DNA from: Azolla caroliniana
Lineage: Eukaryota; Plantae; Polypodiophyta
Assembly (NCBI GenBank): GCA_043228905.1
Contig: JBHGNT010000018.1
Coordinates: 12,896,001 to 12,960,000, forward strand
Length of the DNA stretch: 64,000 nt
Direction of reading: 5' to 3'
Shown: positions 26,931 to 40,014 of the stretch, piece by piece
Layout: each line of letters starts with the position of its first letter
Numbering within the stretch: the first letter of the stretch is position 1
Notes under the pieces: model-generated
What the model was told of the DNA's origin: nothing
Database searches by the model: none
Seen by the model: only the letters and a program-made list of their open reading frames with translations
Program-made: the position numbers and the translations under genes

Positions 26931-28045
26931 TTAGAGTAGTTGAGAGAGAGACAAACAAATAGACAACAAATGTGCTCAAAGAGCAATTTTATACAAGTCC
27001 TTAAAAGGACTGACACAAGTATTGTCAGTACTTGAATTCTCCTAAATAAGCTCATACACTAACTACCGAATATATTCCTTCACGAAATTTCTTTTCAACG
27101 GCCTTCCGGTTCCCACCGATCCGACCTACTGATCGGTCTCTGTCTGATCCGACTCCTGGCTTCTTCAGCCGATCCGGGCCTAACTGACTAGTCCAATCTG
27201 GTCTGTTTTTTGGCTTCCTCAGTCGATCCGGCCTAAGTTGAGCTTGCTTGTTCAACATTCCCCCTCAAGATAAACTTGACGTTCTCCTTGAGTCAACATC
27301 TGACTCTTCCTAGTGTCTCCACGCCTTGCTCGTGCTCTTCATCCAATTCAGTTCTACGTTCCTCAACCCCTTTTCGGTTAGCTTGTCAGCTTGTAAGGCC
27401 CTTGTCAACTCCCTTGTTGTTGTGGTACAAGCACCCCTCAACCCATTGGCACCTCCGACTTTGTCTGATCCGCTAATCCGACTCCTAGCTTCATCAGCCA
27501 ATCCGGGCCTAACCGACCAGTCCAATCTGGTCTAGTTTTTGGCTTCCTCAGTCGATCCGGCCTAAGTTGAGCTTGCTTGTTCAACATTCCCCCTCAAGAT
27601 CAACTTGAGGTTCTCCTTGATTCAACATCTGACTCTTCCTAGTGTCTCCATGCCTTGCTCGTGCTCCTCATCCGGTTCAGTTCTGCATTCCTCGACCCCT
27701 TTTCGGTCTGCTTGTCTACTCGTAAGGCCCTTGTCAACTCCCTTGTTGTTGTGGTACAAGCACCCCTCAACCCATTGGCACCTCCGACTCGGCGTCGGCT
27801 TCGACCGCCTTCTCATCCACCTAGCCTTCATGTGATTCAGTTCATCCGAATTGAACTCCTCGATCGAATTAGCTGTCTCAGATTCCTTCTGGATCTTGTC
27901 TGAATCAGTTGTCTCCGGTTCGTTCCCCTTTAGGCCCTTGAGCACATCTGCCCATGTCTTGGTTCTGGCCTTTCCTTGGTCGACTCGGTCCTTCTCGACT
28001 TTGCAGCCTCCCTCGGCTCTTCCTCCCCTTGGTTTGATTAGCTCT
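26931..28045 (-). mobile_element. Ty1/copia element N, 3' end (truncated 3' LTR to 27257, PPT, 3' non-coding region)
   Basis: Minus strand CTTGAGGGGGAA|TGTTGAACAAGCAAGCTCAAC, the same LTR-start motif as copia F and G; TATA region GACTTGTATAAA shared with LTR F. Confidence 0.72.
27140..27790. repeat. 329-bp tandem duplication spanning the PPT/LTR boundary of N
   Basis: TGTTCAACATTCCCCCTCAAGA occurs at 27249 and 27578 with matching flanks. Confidence 0.88.
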
Positions 28046-31000
28046 TGTTGAGCGGCAAGCTCAACTAGAGCCGGATTGGTTGAATAAGCCTGAGCTGGTG
28101 AGCGAGACGGATCGGTGAGCCGGTGAGCACCCGTTGAGCAAAAGAGCAGGTGAGCTGGGGAGCCGGTTAGTCGGATCCAACAGTAACCGGAAGCCTAGTA
28201 ATAGCTTAGATTACTAGGTAGTTAATAATCTCGTAGTTAGTGTTAGACGCTCGAGTGAGCATTGAAGTACGCGGTGCTTCTGTCAGTCCCATGAGGACTT
28301 GTATAAATAGTGTTGTTGAGCACGTTGTATGTACAAAGTGTTGAGATAATTTTTGAGTTTATATTCTTGTTCTGCTCTCTCTGTCTCTCCCGAATACTCT
28401 CTATATTCTGTGTATTATTCTCTCTCTCTCTTTGCAGCTACGCAACCAAGTTGTTGTCATACGCTTCCGCACATACGTCTTCACATGGTATCAGAGCGCA
28501 AGGGTTGAAAACCTCTGCAGCCGACATTTGCTTTCGCAAGACAAACCCTATAGGTTGTGAGAACAGAATAGTAGATAGAGAAAAAAAATATGGATAGTGG
28601 TATGGCGAGTTCACTTCCTACAAAGAAGCTCGACCGGAGCAACTATGCGTCCTGGTCATACAAAATGCACCAGTACCTACTAGGGCATGGGTATTGGAGT
28701 TTCGTGGAAGGAAAAAATGAGGTGGCACGAGAGCTTGGACACAAGGACTTCCCAGTATGGGAGCAACGAGTGAGTCGAGTATATACTGCCTCGCGTCCTG
28801 TGTACACGACTAGATGCTCGGCTACATCAGGGATGCAAAGACGTTGAAGGAGGCCTGGGAAAATCTGCGTAAGATTTTCGCCGCAAGCACCACAACCCAT
28901 AAGTTGCAACTCTGGCAAGAGCTGAACAACATCCAACAAAGAGATATGTCGGTTACGGACTACACCACCAAAATAAAGGAGATTTGCGACGCGCTCGGGT
29001 CCATCAACGTGACGGTGGACGACGACGAAATGGTACAAATCTGCCTTGGTGCTCTAGCGCAAAGGTAGGGGCCAATCCGAACAAGGATCTACACCCGAGA
29101 GAAACCACCGACCTTCTTCGACTTGCAATTGATGCTGATGGTCGAAGAAAACCACGCGAGTGGGTCCAGGACCACTCAATCGGACAACCGGATGCTTTAC
29201 ACGGAGGTGGATAGGCCCCGTGGGCGTGGGGGATGAGGTGGGTCGGCACGCACTAGAGGCAGCCGGCAAGAGCAGGAAAGAAGGCACAGAGAACGTGCCG
29301 ACAACAGTTCCGGGACTTCCACAAGCGGGGGAATCAAGGCGGTGCTAAAGGCCGGCAAGACAAATCTGCCATGGAATGCTGGTACTGTGGCAAAAAGGGC
29401 CACAGAGAAAGCGAGTGCTGGAAGAAGCGTGCCGATTCGGACACATCTGGATCCGGCAAAACCGGTCAGGAGAACCGACAAAGCTCGCACTACGCACAAG
29501 GATCAAAAGGATCCCGAACTGGGAAGACCGGTAAGGGGCCAGCCTTGGTGATGAAGCACGAGGCAAATTCGATGAAGAAGACCACTTCCAAATCGGAGGA
29601 AGTATGGTATGTTGATTCCGGTGCGTCGAACCACATGACGAGCCACGACGAGTGGTTCTCTTATCTGGAGAAACCGGATCAACCAGGAGTTGTTGAAATC
29701 GGAGACGACTCCTCACCCAATCGTGCATATCGGAGAAGTCCCTTTGAGCCACGTTGGATAGAGGGGGAAGATGATGAACGTATTACACGTTTCGACTATC
29801 ACGAAGAACTTGGTGTCGGTTGGACAGATTGTCGACCAGGGGATGCAGATGCGGTTTACGCACCTCAGGTGCTTCATCGAGGAAGAGGGCCAAATCATTG
29901 CGCAAGGGCGTAGAGACGAGAGGATGTTCCTCCCGAACACCAATGACGTCGGCACCGCGTTGTTCGCCAAAGGACAGAAGATTGAATTGGATATTGATCT
30001 CTGGCACAAACGGATCAGCCACGTCAATTACCGGCGGCTTCAAGACTTGCAAACGAAACAAGTTGTTTTCGGTTTGCCGAAGTTTAGTGGCCGGAAGGCC
30101 CATGTATGTGAAGCCTGCCAACTCGGGAAGCAAAACCGGCTTCCATTCCCCACCGAACGAAACCGTAGCCGCTCGACCTTATTCATTCGGATGTATGGGG
30201 ACAGACACAGAACGTAAGTCTTGGCGGGAGTCGATATTTTGTCTCCTTCATCAACGACTACAGTCGGCACACATGGATCTACCTCATTGAGTAGAAGAGC
30301 GAAGTCTTCGACTATTTCCGGAACCTCCAAAGCATGGTGGAGTGGGAATCAGAGAGAAAGATCAAGTGCCTACGGTCGGATGGCGGAAAAGAATATTTTT
30401 CCGGCCAATTGAACAATTATCTGCAGCAAATAGGAATTCAGCGAGAGTTCAGCTGCAGATACACACCGGAACAGAACGGTGTAGCTGAAAGGGAGAACCA
30501 GTCGCTGATTGACGTGGCAAGGGCAATGCTGGAAGAGAAGAGTATGCCCCATTTCTACTGGCCGGAGGCGGTCCGGACGACCGTCTATATCCAAAACCGG
30601 ATCGGTGACAAGGTGTCTGCGCATGAGCTGTATTTCGGGCGCAAGCCAAATTTGTGACACCTTCGGATATTTGGTAGCATTGCATATGTACATGTACCGG
30701 ATGAGAAGTAGAGGAAGTTGGATGCAAAGTCAGAAAAATGCATCCTCTTCGGCTATTCACATGAGAAAAAGGGGTATAAGTGTTATAACCCCCGGACGAA
30801 GCAGGTCCGAGTTAGCCGCGATGTCGAGTTCGATGAAACGACATCATGGTATTCCTTACCAACTCCAACTTCCGACCCCAACCCGATGCCGGAGGATGAG
30901 GCTAGTGAGCCTGAACCGGCCCAGGTAGAAGATGATGAATCCGGGACTCAAGAAGAGAGTCCGGAATCGTTTTGGTTGAGTGGGCCAAATGAGAGACTAG

Positions 31001-32851
31001 GTCAATCCGACCAGTCCGATGAGGAACCGACGAGTAGTGAAGACTCTGCCGTGCTCTCCCCGCGCAAGGAACCGAGGAGACAGTTCATGCGCAAAGAGAA
31101 GGGGAAGAAGAAGATGCTGGATTATGAAACCGGTACTGATGAGTCGGATCGGAGCGGATCCGACTCCGGAAAGGAAAATGACGGTTCTTCGGCAACGAAG
31201 ATCGAACCGGCCAAGTAGGGCCTTGAACAGGGTAATACCAAGTTATGCCAGTCTTCCTGCCGGAAGAACCCCGTGACGTGGTACGGCTATAATGAGTACA
31301 TGGTGCATCACTATGCGTACATGACCAAGGTGGTGCAAATGTGTGAGCCAGAGAGCTACGCAGAAGCGGCAAAGGACGTAAATTGGTGTGCCGCTATGGA
31401 GGAAGAAATGCGGGCACTTGATGCCAACGAGATATGGGACTTGGTTGACCCTCCCCGTCACTGTAAACCGATCGGATGCAAATGGGTGTACCAGGTAAAG
31501 TACAATGCCGACGGTTCGGTTAACTGGTACAAGGCCCGGTTAGTGGCGAAGGGATACGCGTAGACCCACGGAATCGACTACGACGAGACCTTCGCTCCGA
31601 TAGCGAAGATGACGATGGTTCGTGCGGTGCTAGCGGTTGCTGCGGCAAGGAGGTGGCATCTTCACCAAATGGACGTGAAGAATGCATTTCTTCAAGACGA
31701 TCTTGAAGAAGAGGTCTTTATGACCCACCCCCCCTGGTTTTTAGTCGGAGATGAAAAAGTCGGCGGTATGCCCACTGAAGAAGTCACTTTATGGCCTGAT
31801 GCAAGCCCCCCGAGCTTGGAATGCGAAGATTACGCACCGGTTGCGTAAGATAGGGTTTGCAGTCTCCAAGTCTGACTCTTCGTTGTTCATTCGGCAAGGT
31901 CCGGACAGTCCGGTTTGCATCTTGCTGTATGTTGATGATCTCGTCATCATTGGACCCGGACTCGATGAAATCAGCAGAGTCATGTCCCAGTTGTCGAACG
32001 CATTTGAGATGAAGGACCTAAGGGACCTTCACTATTTCCTTGGGATCGAGGTCATCCGAACCCCCGACGACATATTGCTCTCACAAAGACACTATGTGTT
32101 GAATATGTTGTAGAAGTTCGGCATGACAGAATGCCGACCTATCTCTACACCCCTGGACCGGAACCAGAAGCTCTGTCCCGACTCCGGACCGCCCAACGAT
32201 GAGCAACGGTTCTGACAAATTGTCGGAAGCCTTATATATTTGACAATCACCCGACCTGACATCAGTTATCTGGTCAGTGCGATCGGCTAATTCATGTAGA
32301 AGCCGACCGTAGAGCATCTTCAGTGCATGCACCGAATATTGCGGTACGTGAGCGGCACGAAGGACCGGGGACTGTTATACCGGCGAGGTATAACTGAAGA
32401 GCTGGTTGGCTACATTGATGCCGACTGGGCCGGCGATGCATCGGATCGCCGATCCACCTCCGGCTATATGTTTTCCCTTGGTAGCGCGGCTGTTGCGTGG
32501 AGCAGCAAAAAGTAGCCAACAGTGGCCCTTTCAAGCACTGAGGCTGAATACCGGGGTGCTACCGTTGCCACCTGTGAAGCCATTTGGCTTCGGCAACTGT
32601 TGCAAGACCTATGGATCGAGGTACCAACCCCGATCTTGATCTACTGTGACAATATGAGCAGCATGCAGCTTGCCAAGAACCCCGTGTTCCATGCTCGTAC
32701 AAAGCACATAGAAGTGCACTACCACTTCGTGCGTGAGCATGTCTTGAGTGGTGAAGTCGAACTTCGGTATGTTCATACAGATCGGCAAGTTGCCGACATC
32801 TTCACCAAACCGCTCGGATCGATCAAGTTGCAACACTTTACCGAAATGATG
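28046..32851 (+). mobile_element. Ty1/copia element F, 5' LTR plus near-complete degenerate gag-pol; 3' LTR deleted
   Basis: LTR 28046-~28485; PBS TGGTATCAGAGC at 28486-28497 (tRNA-iMet); CWYCGKKGHRESEC; WYVDSGASNHM; LRSDGGKEY; LYVDDL; ADIFTKPL. Confidence 0.93.
28486..28497 (+). promoter_or_regulatory. PBS (tRNA-iMet) of F
   Basis: TGGTATCAGAGC. Confidence 0.92.
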
Positions 32852-33322
32852 TCCAGAGTCGGATTCACTCCAATATGACTCTTCCTTATCAGTGTCGTAT
32901 TCTGGCATCTTCTTCTTTTCTTTTTCCTTCTGCGTGAACTAGCTCCTTGGTTCATTGCGTTGGGAGAGCACGGGCGAGTCTCCACTACTCGCTGGCTCAA
33001 TCTCTCATTCGGCCCACTTAGCCGGAATGAGATTGGACTCTCTTCAAGAGTTCCAATATCTTCTTTGTCTGGAGGCATTTCGGCCTCACTAACTTCATCC
33101 TCAGAATTCGGGATGGAGTTGTCGGGGTTCAGAGATGAAGGCAAGTACCACGAAGCCGACTCATCGAAAATGACATCTCAGCTTACTCGGACCTCCTTTT
33201 CGGAGGTTATAACATTTATAACCCTTTTGCTCATCCGAGTAGCCGACGAGAATGCACTTGTCAGCTTTTGCGTCTAGCTTGCTCCATTTCTCCTTCGGCA
33301 CATGCACATATTCCATGGTACT
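32852..33322 (-). pseudogene. Copia post-integrase fragment, probably the continuation of N
   Basis: YVHVPKEKWSKLDAKADKCILVGYSDEQKGYKCYN..VIFDESASWY; same strand as N. Confidence 0.75.
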
Positions 33323-34808
33323 TGTAAAAAATTGGATATGATTCTAGTGTAGCAGAAGAGATGTGTGTTATGTGTGAGAGAAAAGAGATGAGAGAAGAGA
33401 AACACAAGATAGATAAGCTAGAGAAATGAAATACTCAAGAAGAAGAAGAAGATGTATATTCACAAGTGAAATAGAAAATACAAAATGTAGCATTACAAGG
33501 AGTCACAACCGACTTAGTATGAAGTAGGAGAAGGGTGCTTTATATAAGGTCACCCTCTCTCTTCATTCACTCACAACAACAACTACTCTCTCTTGGGGAA
33601 TGTGAAGACACATAATCATGGGGAATATGGAACTCATTAGTTATGTGTCATAGAATATGATTCTATGAAACATAGTTAATGTCTAAAGAGTAGTGGTGTG
33701 ACTCTTGACCTTTGAGTGATCATAGATTCTCAAAGGGTGTGTTCACACACTAGAGTAGGTTGAGCTTGATTCTTAGCACACCCCTCAAGCTCAACTCGGG
33801 TCGGTTCCTTTTGATTGATGTCCACTTTAGCTCGTACCCAGTTCAGAAGGTATCCGGTTCTCTCTTATACTCCCCCTCAAGCTTGCCAAGTTAGGGATCT
33901 TCAATCCAAGGTTTGACATGAATTACCGAAGCTTGTTAGCTCCTAGGGCATTGGTGAAGATATCGGCCGTTTGAAGATTTGTGTTGATGTGTTGAAGGTC
34001 GACATCTCCGGCCTGAACACGCTCTCGAATGAAGTGATAGTGCACTTCGATATGCTTTGTGCGTGGGTGGAACACCGGGTTCCGAGCCAGATAAATATTC
34101 TCATGTTGTCGCAGTAGAGGGGAGTTGGATCCTTGATGGGAATTCCCAAATCCTTCAAAATCCTTTTGAGCCATACGGCTTCACATATAGCTACGGCTGC
34201 GCCCCTGTATTCGGCCTTCGTACTCGAAAGAGTGCCGGTCGGCTGCTTCTTGCTACTCCACGAAATTGCTCTGCTGCCAAGGGAGAGGACAAAACCAAAG
34301 CTTGATCGTTGATTGGCTTTGTAGCCGGCCTAGTCGGCATCTGTGTACCCTTCGAGTCAAAATGGTGTCCTCGATTTGTAGAGAATGTTGTAATCCATTG
34401 TGCAGCTCACGTATCGTAATACTCGCTTAGCGCAATCGAAATGGATATCTCACGGAGTTTGCATGAATTGGCTAAAAAGTCCGATTAGATAGCTAAGGTC
34501 GGGTCAAGTGATCGTGAGATAGATGAGGAACCCGATCAGTTGTCAATACTAAGTCGGCTTACACTCTTCTGTGCCGGAGTCGGCATCCAATTTGAGGTTT
34601 TGATCAAGAGGAGTTGCCACAGATTTACACTTAGTCATCCCGAACTTGAATAACAAGTTGAGGATGTAGTGTTGTTGGGAGATCATAATGTTGGCTGGAG
34701 TCCAAATTACCTCGATGCCAACGAAGTAATGGAGCTCCTTCATGTCCATCATCTCGAATTTGTTGGAGAGGAGGGACTTCACCTTGCTGATGTCGATTAC
34801 GTGCTCAC

Positions 34809-34959
34809 TGTCAGGAATAGTACTAAACAGAGAGAGGATTAGTACTAAACAGAGAGAGAATTAGTACTAGAAAAGGGAAGTACTATTAGTACTAAGAGGA
34901 CGGGACTTCATAAGACTCCCGAGAGCGGAAGAGAGAAGAGGAGAGAGGGAGATAGCGAG

Positions 34960-34998
<39 letters not shown>

Positions 34999-35290
34999 GA
35001 TAACAGATTATATATTATAAGAAGAGTAAGTACAAAAGGGCTATGAGGCTAAAGACTAGCGTTGAACCAATTTGGTTCAACATAATGCCTAGTGCCCTCT
35101 TTTATAGTGTTCTCAGGAGTAATCCTGAAGCTTCTAGAATGTTACAGATAAATCTGGAATATACATTAATTTCCTATAATAAAATGTAAATGAAAATAAT
35201 ATTCTACGTATTACAATAGATGATATAAGGGTCAAGAGCTCGACCCATATAACCTAAGGTCATGGGTTCGAGTCTTGCCATATCATGACA
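34809..35290 (-). repeat. 3' LTR of T, with (GA)n
   Basis: TGTCAGG...CATGACA; highly similar to 39545-40014. Confidence 0.95.
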
Positions 35291-38200
35291 CTATCCCGAT
35301 CTCCAATGTTAAAACTAGATGGAAGTCGATGACGATCCGCGTAGACCTTGTGTGTTTGTTAAGCTTGCTGGAGATGAGTAGATAAATCCACTTGTATCTT
35401 GCGTAACTGCTCAAAACGATCCTCCGCGCAAGGATTTGTGGACACCTCTGGGGTTTCAAGTACACTCCACCGAGGGTGACATCCTGTATAAGCATAAAAT
35501 GGCGTAACTTTAGTCGATGCGTGGATAGAGTTATTATAGGCAAATTCGGCGAAGTGGAGAATATCTGCCCAGTTATCCTGATGATAGTTGAGAAAGCACC
35601 GCAGATACTACTCCAGCGTTTGATTTGTTCGTTCGGCTTGGCCGTCGGTTTGTGGGTGGTAGCCGGAGGAGAGGTTACAAGTGACCTTGAGCATTTTAAA
35701 AAGGTGCTTCCAGAATTTTGACACAAACTGGGGTCCACGGTCGCTGACGATACTATCGGGAAGTCCATGATGCCGACATACTTCACGCATGACAATTTTG
35801 GCGGTGTCTTCACTGGAGATTTCCTTAGTACATGGCAAGAAATGAGCCATCTTCGTATATCGATCTACTACTGTTAGAATCGCATTGAACCCCTTAGAGA
35901 CTGGAAGATCTGTGATGAAGTCTAGAGCAATGGATTGACACGACTTGCTTGGAATTGTTAATGGTTCTAATAAACCATATGGATGATGCCTTGGCATTTT
36001 CGCTCTGCAACATGTATCACAAGTCCGAACAAAATCTTTGACAAATTGTCGCATACGGGGCAACCAAAATGATCGTTGTACTAAATCGAATGTTTTAGTA
36101 CTACCAAAATGCCCACCTGTATATGTGTCGTGACAATTTTGTACTACTCGAAGGCAGCAAGAACCATTAGGAACATACAAAAGTTCTTTAAAGAAGAGCA
36201 ATCCATCATGGTATTTGAATTGCCGATAGTCTGTACCTGGTGGTGGCAACTGTGAACATGACACTCGAGAGGGATCAATTTCTACTAGTATAGCTTGGGC
36301 GAAAGCATCTGTCTTCAAGTCTGCACGTATGATATTGATAACGTGGGAATCCATGGGCATGCCAAAAACCTGTGTTGCTTGCAGTCGTGCCGGTCCCAAG
36401 ATTACATGCTTTTGGTTATTGAAAGCTAGCTCGCCGGGACGCGGTGTTAGATACGAACGCTGTGATAATGCATCTGCCTTCCCTTGGTGCTTCCCCGGAC
36501 GATATGTAATTTTGAAGTCGAAAGGTGTGAGGAAGTGGGCCCACCGAGCTTGATGTCGATTTAACACACGAGCATCCTGAAAGTAGGCAAGGTTTTTATG
36601 GTCACTGAATATGGTGACTTGATGAGAGGATCCCTCTAAAAAATGCCTCCATTGCATAAACAAGTCCACCATTGCCAATAGCTCCTTATAATGAATTTCA
36701 TAGTTGATTTCGGTGGCATCAAACTTGCATGAGTGAAAAGCCACAGGATGTAGCTTCTCATCGTTACCCCGTTGTGACAGAATGCTCCCCAAAGCGAAAT
36801 CCGATGCGTCAGCTTCGATAATGAATGGTTTTTCCGGATCGACATGAGCTAGAATTGGAGCCGATGTAAATTCCTTTTTAAGACTCTCGAAAGCCATATC
36901 TGCTTCTTCAGACCAAATGAATGATTGTCCCTTCCTGCTAAGCTGTGTGAGAGGCAGAACGAGTTTTGAGTAATCTTGTATAAACTTCCGGTAAAAATTG
37001 GCAAAGCCTAAAAAGCATTGCACATCCCGCACTGAGCGCAGAGTCTGCCATTTTACCACCATCTTGACCTTAGCTGGGTCCATGGAGATGCCTTTTGATG
37101 AAATGACGTAGTCGAGAAATTCTACCTGGTTGCACCCGAAACTAGATTTTTCTAGCTTTGCGTAAAGACCATGTTCTCGAAGTCGTTTTAATACTAACAG
37201 TACATGAAAATCATGCTCTTCTTCGGTCTTTAAATAAACCAGTAGATCATCCAAGTAGATGATTAGACACACATCCAAGAGATTTCGAAATATATCATTT
37301 GCCATGTGTTGGAAGACTGCTGGCGCATTAGTGAGGCCGAACGACATGACCGTATACTCGAAGTACCCATATCTAGTGCGGAACGCGGTCTTCCATTCAT
37401 CTCCTAGTCGGATCCGTACGAGGTTATAGGCCCCATAAGTAGATCTTTATGGAGAACCTGGCACCATTGATCCATTCTAAAAGACTTGAGATAAGGGGAA
37501 GTGCATACCTATTGCGGATTGTAACTTTATTCAAGCCACGGTAATCTACTACTAGACGAAGTGAGCCATCCTTTTTCTTGACGAAGAAAATGGGTGCATC
37601 GGCTAGAGATTTCAAATGTCGAATGAATCCATTCTCCAAATTCTCCTCTCTATAGGCTTGAAGGATTTCTAGCTCGGTTGGTGACAAATTGTAGATTGGT
37701 CCCCATGGTGGCTCTTTCCCTAGTTGTAAATCGATGGGGCAATCATATGGTTGATGGTGAGGAAGCGTATTGGCTCGTACTTTATCGAATACATCGGCAT
37801 AATGATGATACTTTTTTGGAAGTTGAACGGTGGACTCCTCTTTAATGGTGTCGGAGGGTTTTAGTGATATTGGGAAGAGAAACATTTCTTCCTTGCGTCC
37901 TTCTTCCTGCAACTGATGTAGTGAAATAGTGGAATTCTTCTGAGTAGATCCTCGGGTTTGTCGACACTGGATTTCTCTTGTTCTCCAATCTATGTCTGGG
38001 TTATGTAACTCGAACCATGGTAATCCCAAAACGATGGGATGTTCTGGGATACTAATAATGTTAAATGATACTACATATGCTAAGTTATCTAGGACAATAT
38101 TAATGGGTTCTGACTCTTCTATGATATTTCCGGAAGCAATGGGACGACCATCAATGACGACTACAGAGGCTGGACACAGGAGTTTTCTAAGAGATATCTG

Positions 38201-39470
38201 ATGAGCTTGGGCAAAATTCCAATCCATAAAGCAAGAATTAGCTCCAGAGTCTAGAAGTTCTAAGACATGTACTGGAGGGGTACTTTTAGTACTAATTGTT
38301 ACTTGGGCTATGAACATATTGCTAACTTGCTTAGAGGGAATGGAACCACTAATGGACTTCACAGATCTAGGGCTATCCAACCAAACGGCTCCTATTTTGG
38401 TTGGACTTAGTCGTTTAACTCTTCTTCTAACTGACTAAGGACATCAAATTTGTTCGCTAGATCTAGGCTATTAGTACTATTAGTACTATCAGATATCCCT
38501 ACTGTAATAGGCTATGGTTTAGTACAATTAGAACTAGCAACTATTTGGTTTACCTGTCTTCTTGGCCTATGGGGACAATTTATTGCAATGTTCGGCGTCG
38601 CTGCTTTTCTTCTTCGGATAATGGCCCTTGACGACGTGTAGTGTCAATCTCTATCAGAATTGGAGTATTCACTGGAGGCGCATTATAGGAGTCCCTCGGT
38701 AAAGGTTTTGCTACCATTGAGGCGTAGGTGGGCTCTGATCTTGCCCTTGGCATCTGTAGCTATCGTTCCGAACGTCGCTCAAAGAGGCGGTTGTCACATC
38801 TCACCACACGACTGATTGCTTTTGTTAAGGACTTTGGTTCTTCAAGGAAGGTCAAGAGTAAATCCTTGACATCATTGCGTAAACCATAAAGAAATTGCTC
38901 CATCAATGCTTGATGGCAGCGGCGAGTAGGTGGAAATCTGCAGTGTATGCGGAGGCTGGACAGTCTCCTTATGCTGTTAGTATCTCCAAAGCATGCTTTA
39001 AACTCACCTATAAACTCTTCAAAGTTGTTGAGTAATGGAGACTCCTTTTCCAACAGTGGAGCGAACCATGCCAACGCTGAGCCACTTAACAACGTCCCTA
39101 CTAAACCCACTCGTGATGCATCGGTAGGATATCGGGAAGGATGCATTTGAATAACTAATTATACCTGATTAAGGAACCCTCTAAACTGCGATCGTGTTCC
39201 ATCGAACTTCGTGGGAAGGCCAATCTTGGGTTCCTTATGAATCCCTTGTGTTCCGCGGCCTTGTTGTTGCATCGCTACAATGGTTGATTCGAGTTGTTGC
39301 ATGCGTAATGCAAGTTCCCCATGTTATTGTTGCGTTTGCTACTTTTCTAAGGAGATTTGTTGAAGATCCCCTAGCAACCGTTGATTTTCTTGTTCCAAAG
39401 CAAGGAACTTCTCTTTCAAGCATTGAAACTCTGAGAAAACAGATTGATATTCCTCAGCGCTAACAGTGGC
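35291..39470 (-). pseudogene. gag-pol of element T (frameshifted)
   Basis: ORFs 38760-39146 (gag), 37424-38380 (PR-RT) and 35608-37347 (RT-RH-INT). Confidence 0.9.
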
Positions 39471-39529
39471 CATGGGATGAAAAGAAAAGAGGAATAAGAG
39501 ATTAGTATGAAGGGAGAGAGACAGAAGGG

Positions 39530-39540
39530 CAAATTGGTTC
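39530..39540 (-). promoter_or_regulatory. Self-priming PBS of T
   Basis: Minus-strand GAACCAATTTG, 4 nt after the 5' LTR, is the exact complement of CAAATTGGTTC (39788-39798), about 30 nt downstream of the TATA. Confidence 0.78.
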
Positions 39541-39544
39541 TAAC

Positions 39545-40014
39545 TGTCAGGAATAGTACTAAAGAGAGAGAGGATTAGTACTAAACAGAGAGAGAATTAG
39601 TACTAGAGAAGGGAAGTACTATTAGTACTAAGAGGACGGGACTGTGTAAGACTCCCGATAGAGGAAAAGAGAAGAGGAGAGAGAGAGATAACGAGGACGA
39701 GAGAGAGAGAGAGAGAGATGATGATAATAGATTATATATTATAAGAAGAGTAAGTACAAAAGGGCTATGAGGCTAAAGACTGGCATTGAACCAATTTGGT
39801 TCAACATAATGCCTAGTGCCCTCTTTTATAGTGTTCTCAGGAGAAATCCTGAAGCTTCTAGAATGTTCCAGATAAATCTGGAATATACATTAATTTCCTA
39901 TAATAAAATGTAAATGAAAATAATATCCTACGTATTACAATAGATGATATAAGGGTCAAGAGCTCGACCCATATAACCTAAGGTCATGGGTTCGAGTCTT
40001 GCCATATCATGACA
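39545..40014 (-). repeat. 5' LTR of T
   Basis: Paired with 34809-35290; TATA (minus strand TATAAAA) at 39824-39830. Confidence 0.95.

Larger units (their letters stand above)
34809..40014 (-). mobile_element. Ty3/gypsy chromovirus-lineage element T (Tcn1/Tf1-like), INT C-terminus deleted
   Basis: LTRs 34809-35290 and 39545-40014; TSD CTCAC; PR LLDSGANSCF; RT MSFGLTNAPAVFQ..IYLDDLL; RH EADASDFALGSIL; INT IALDFITDLP..SDRGPQF; no tRNA PBS. Confidence 0.93.

Noticed and set aside
33781-33882. Duplicated PPT-like motifs (also 5724 and 5777 in E)
   Set aside because: A second upstream purine tract is common in copia 3' regions; not considered novel.
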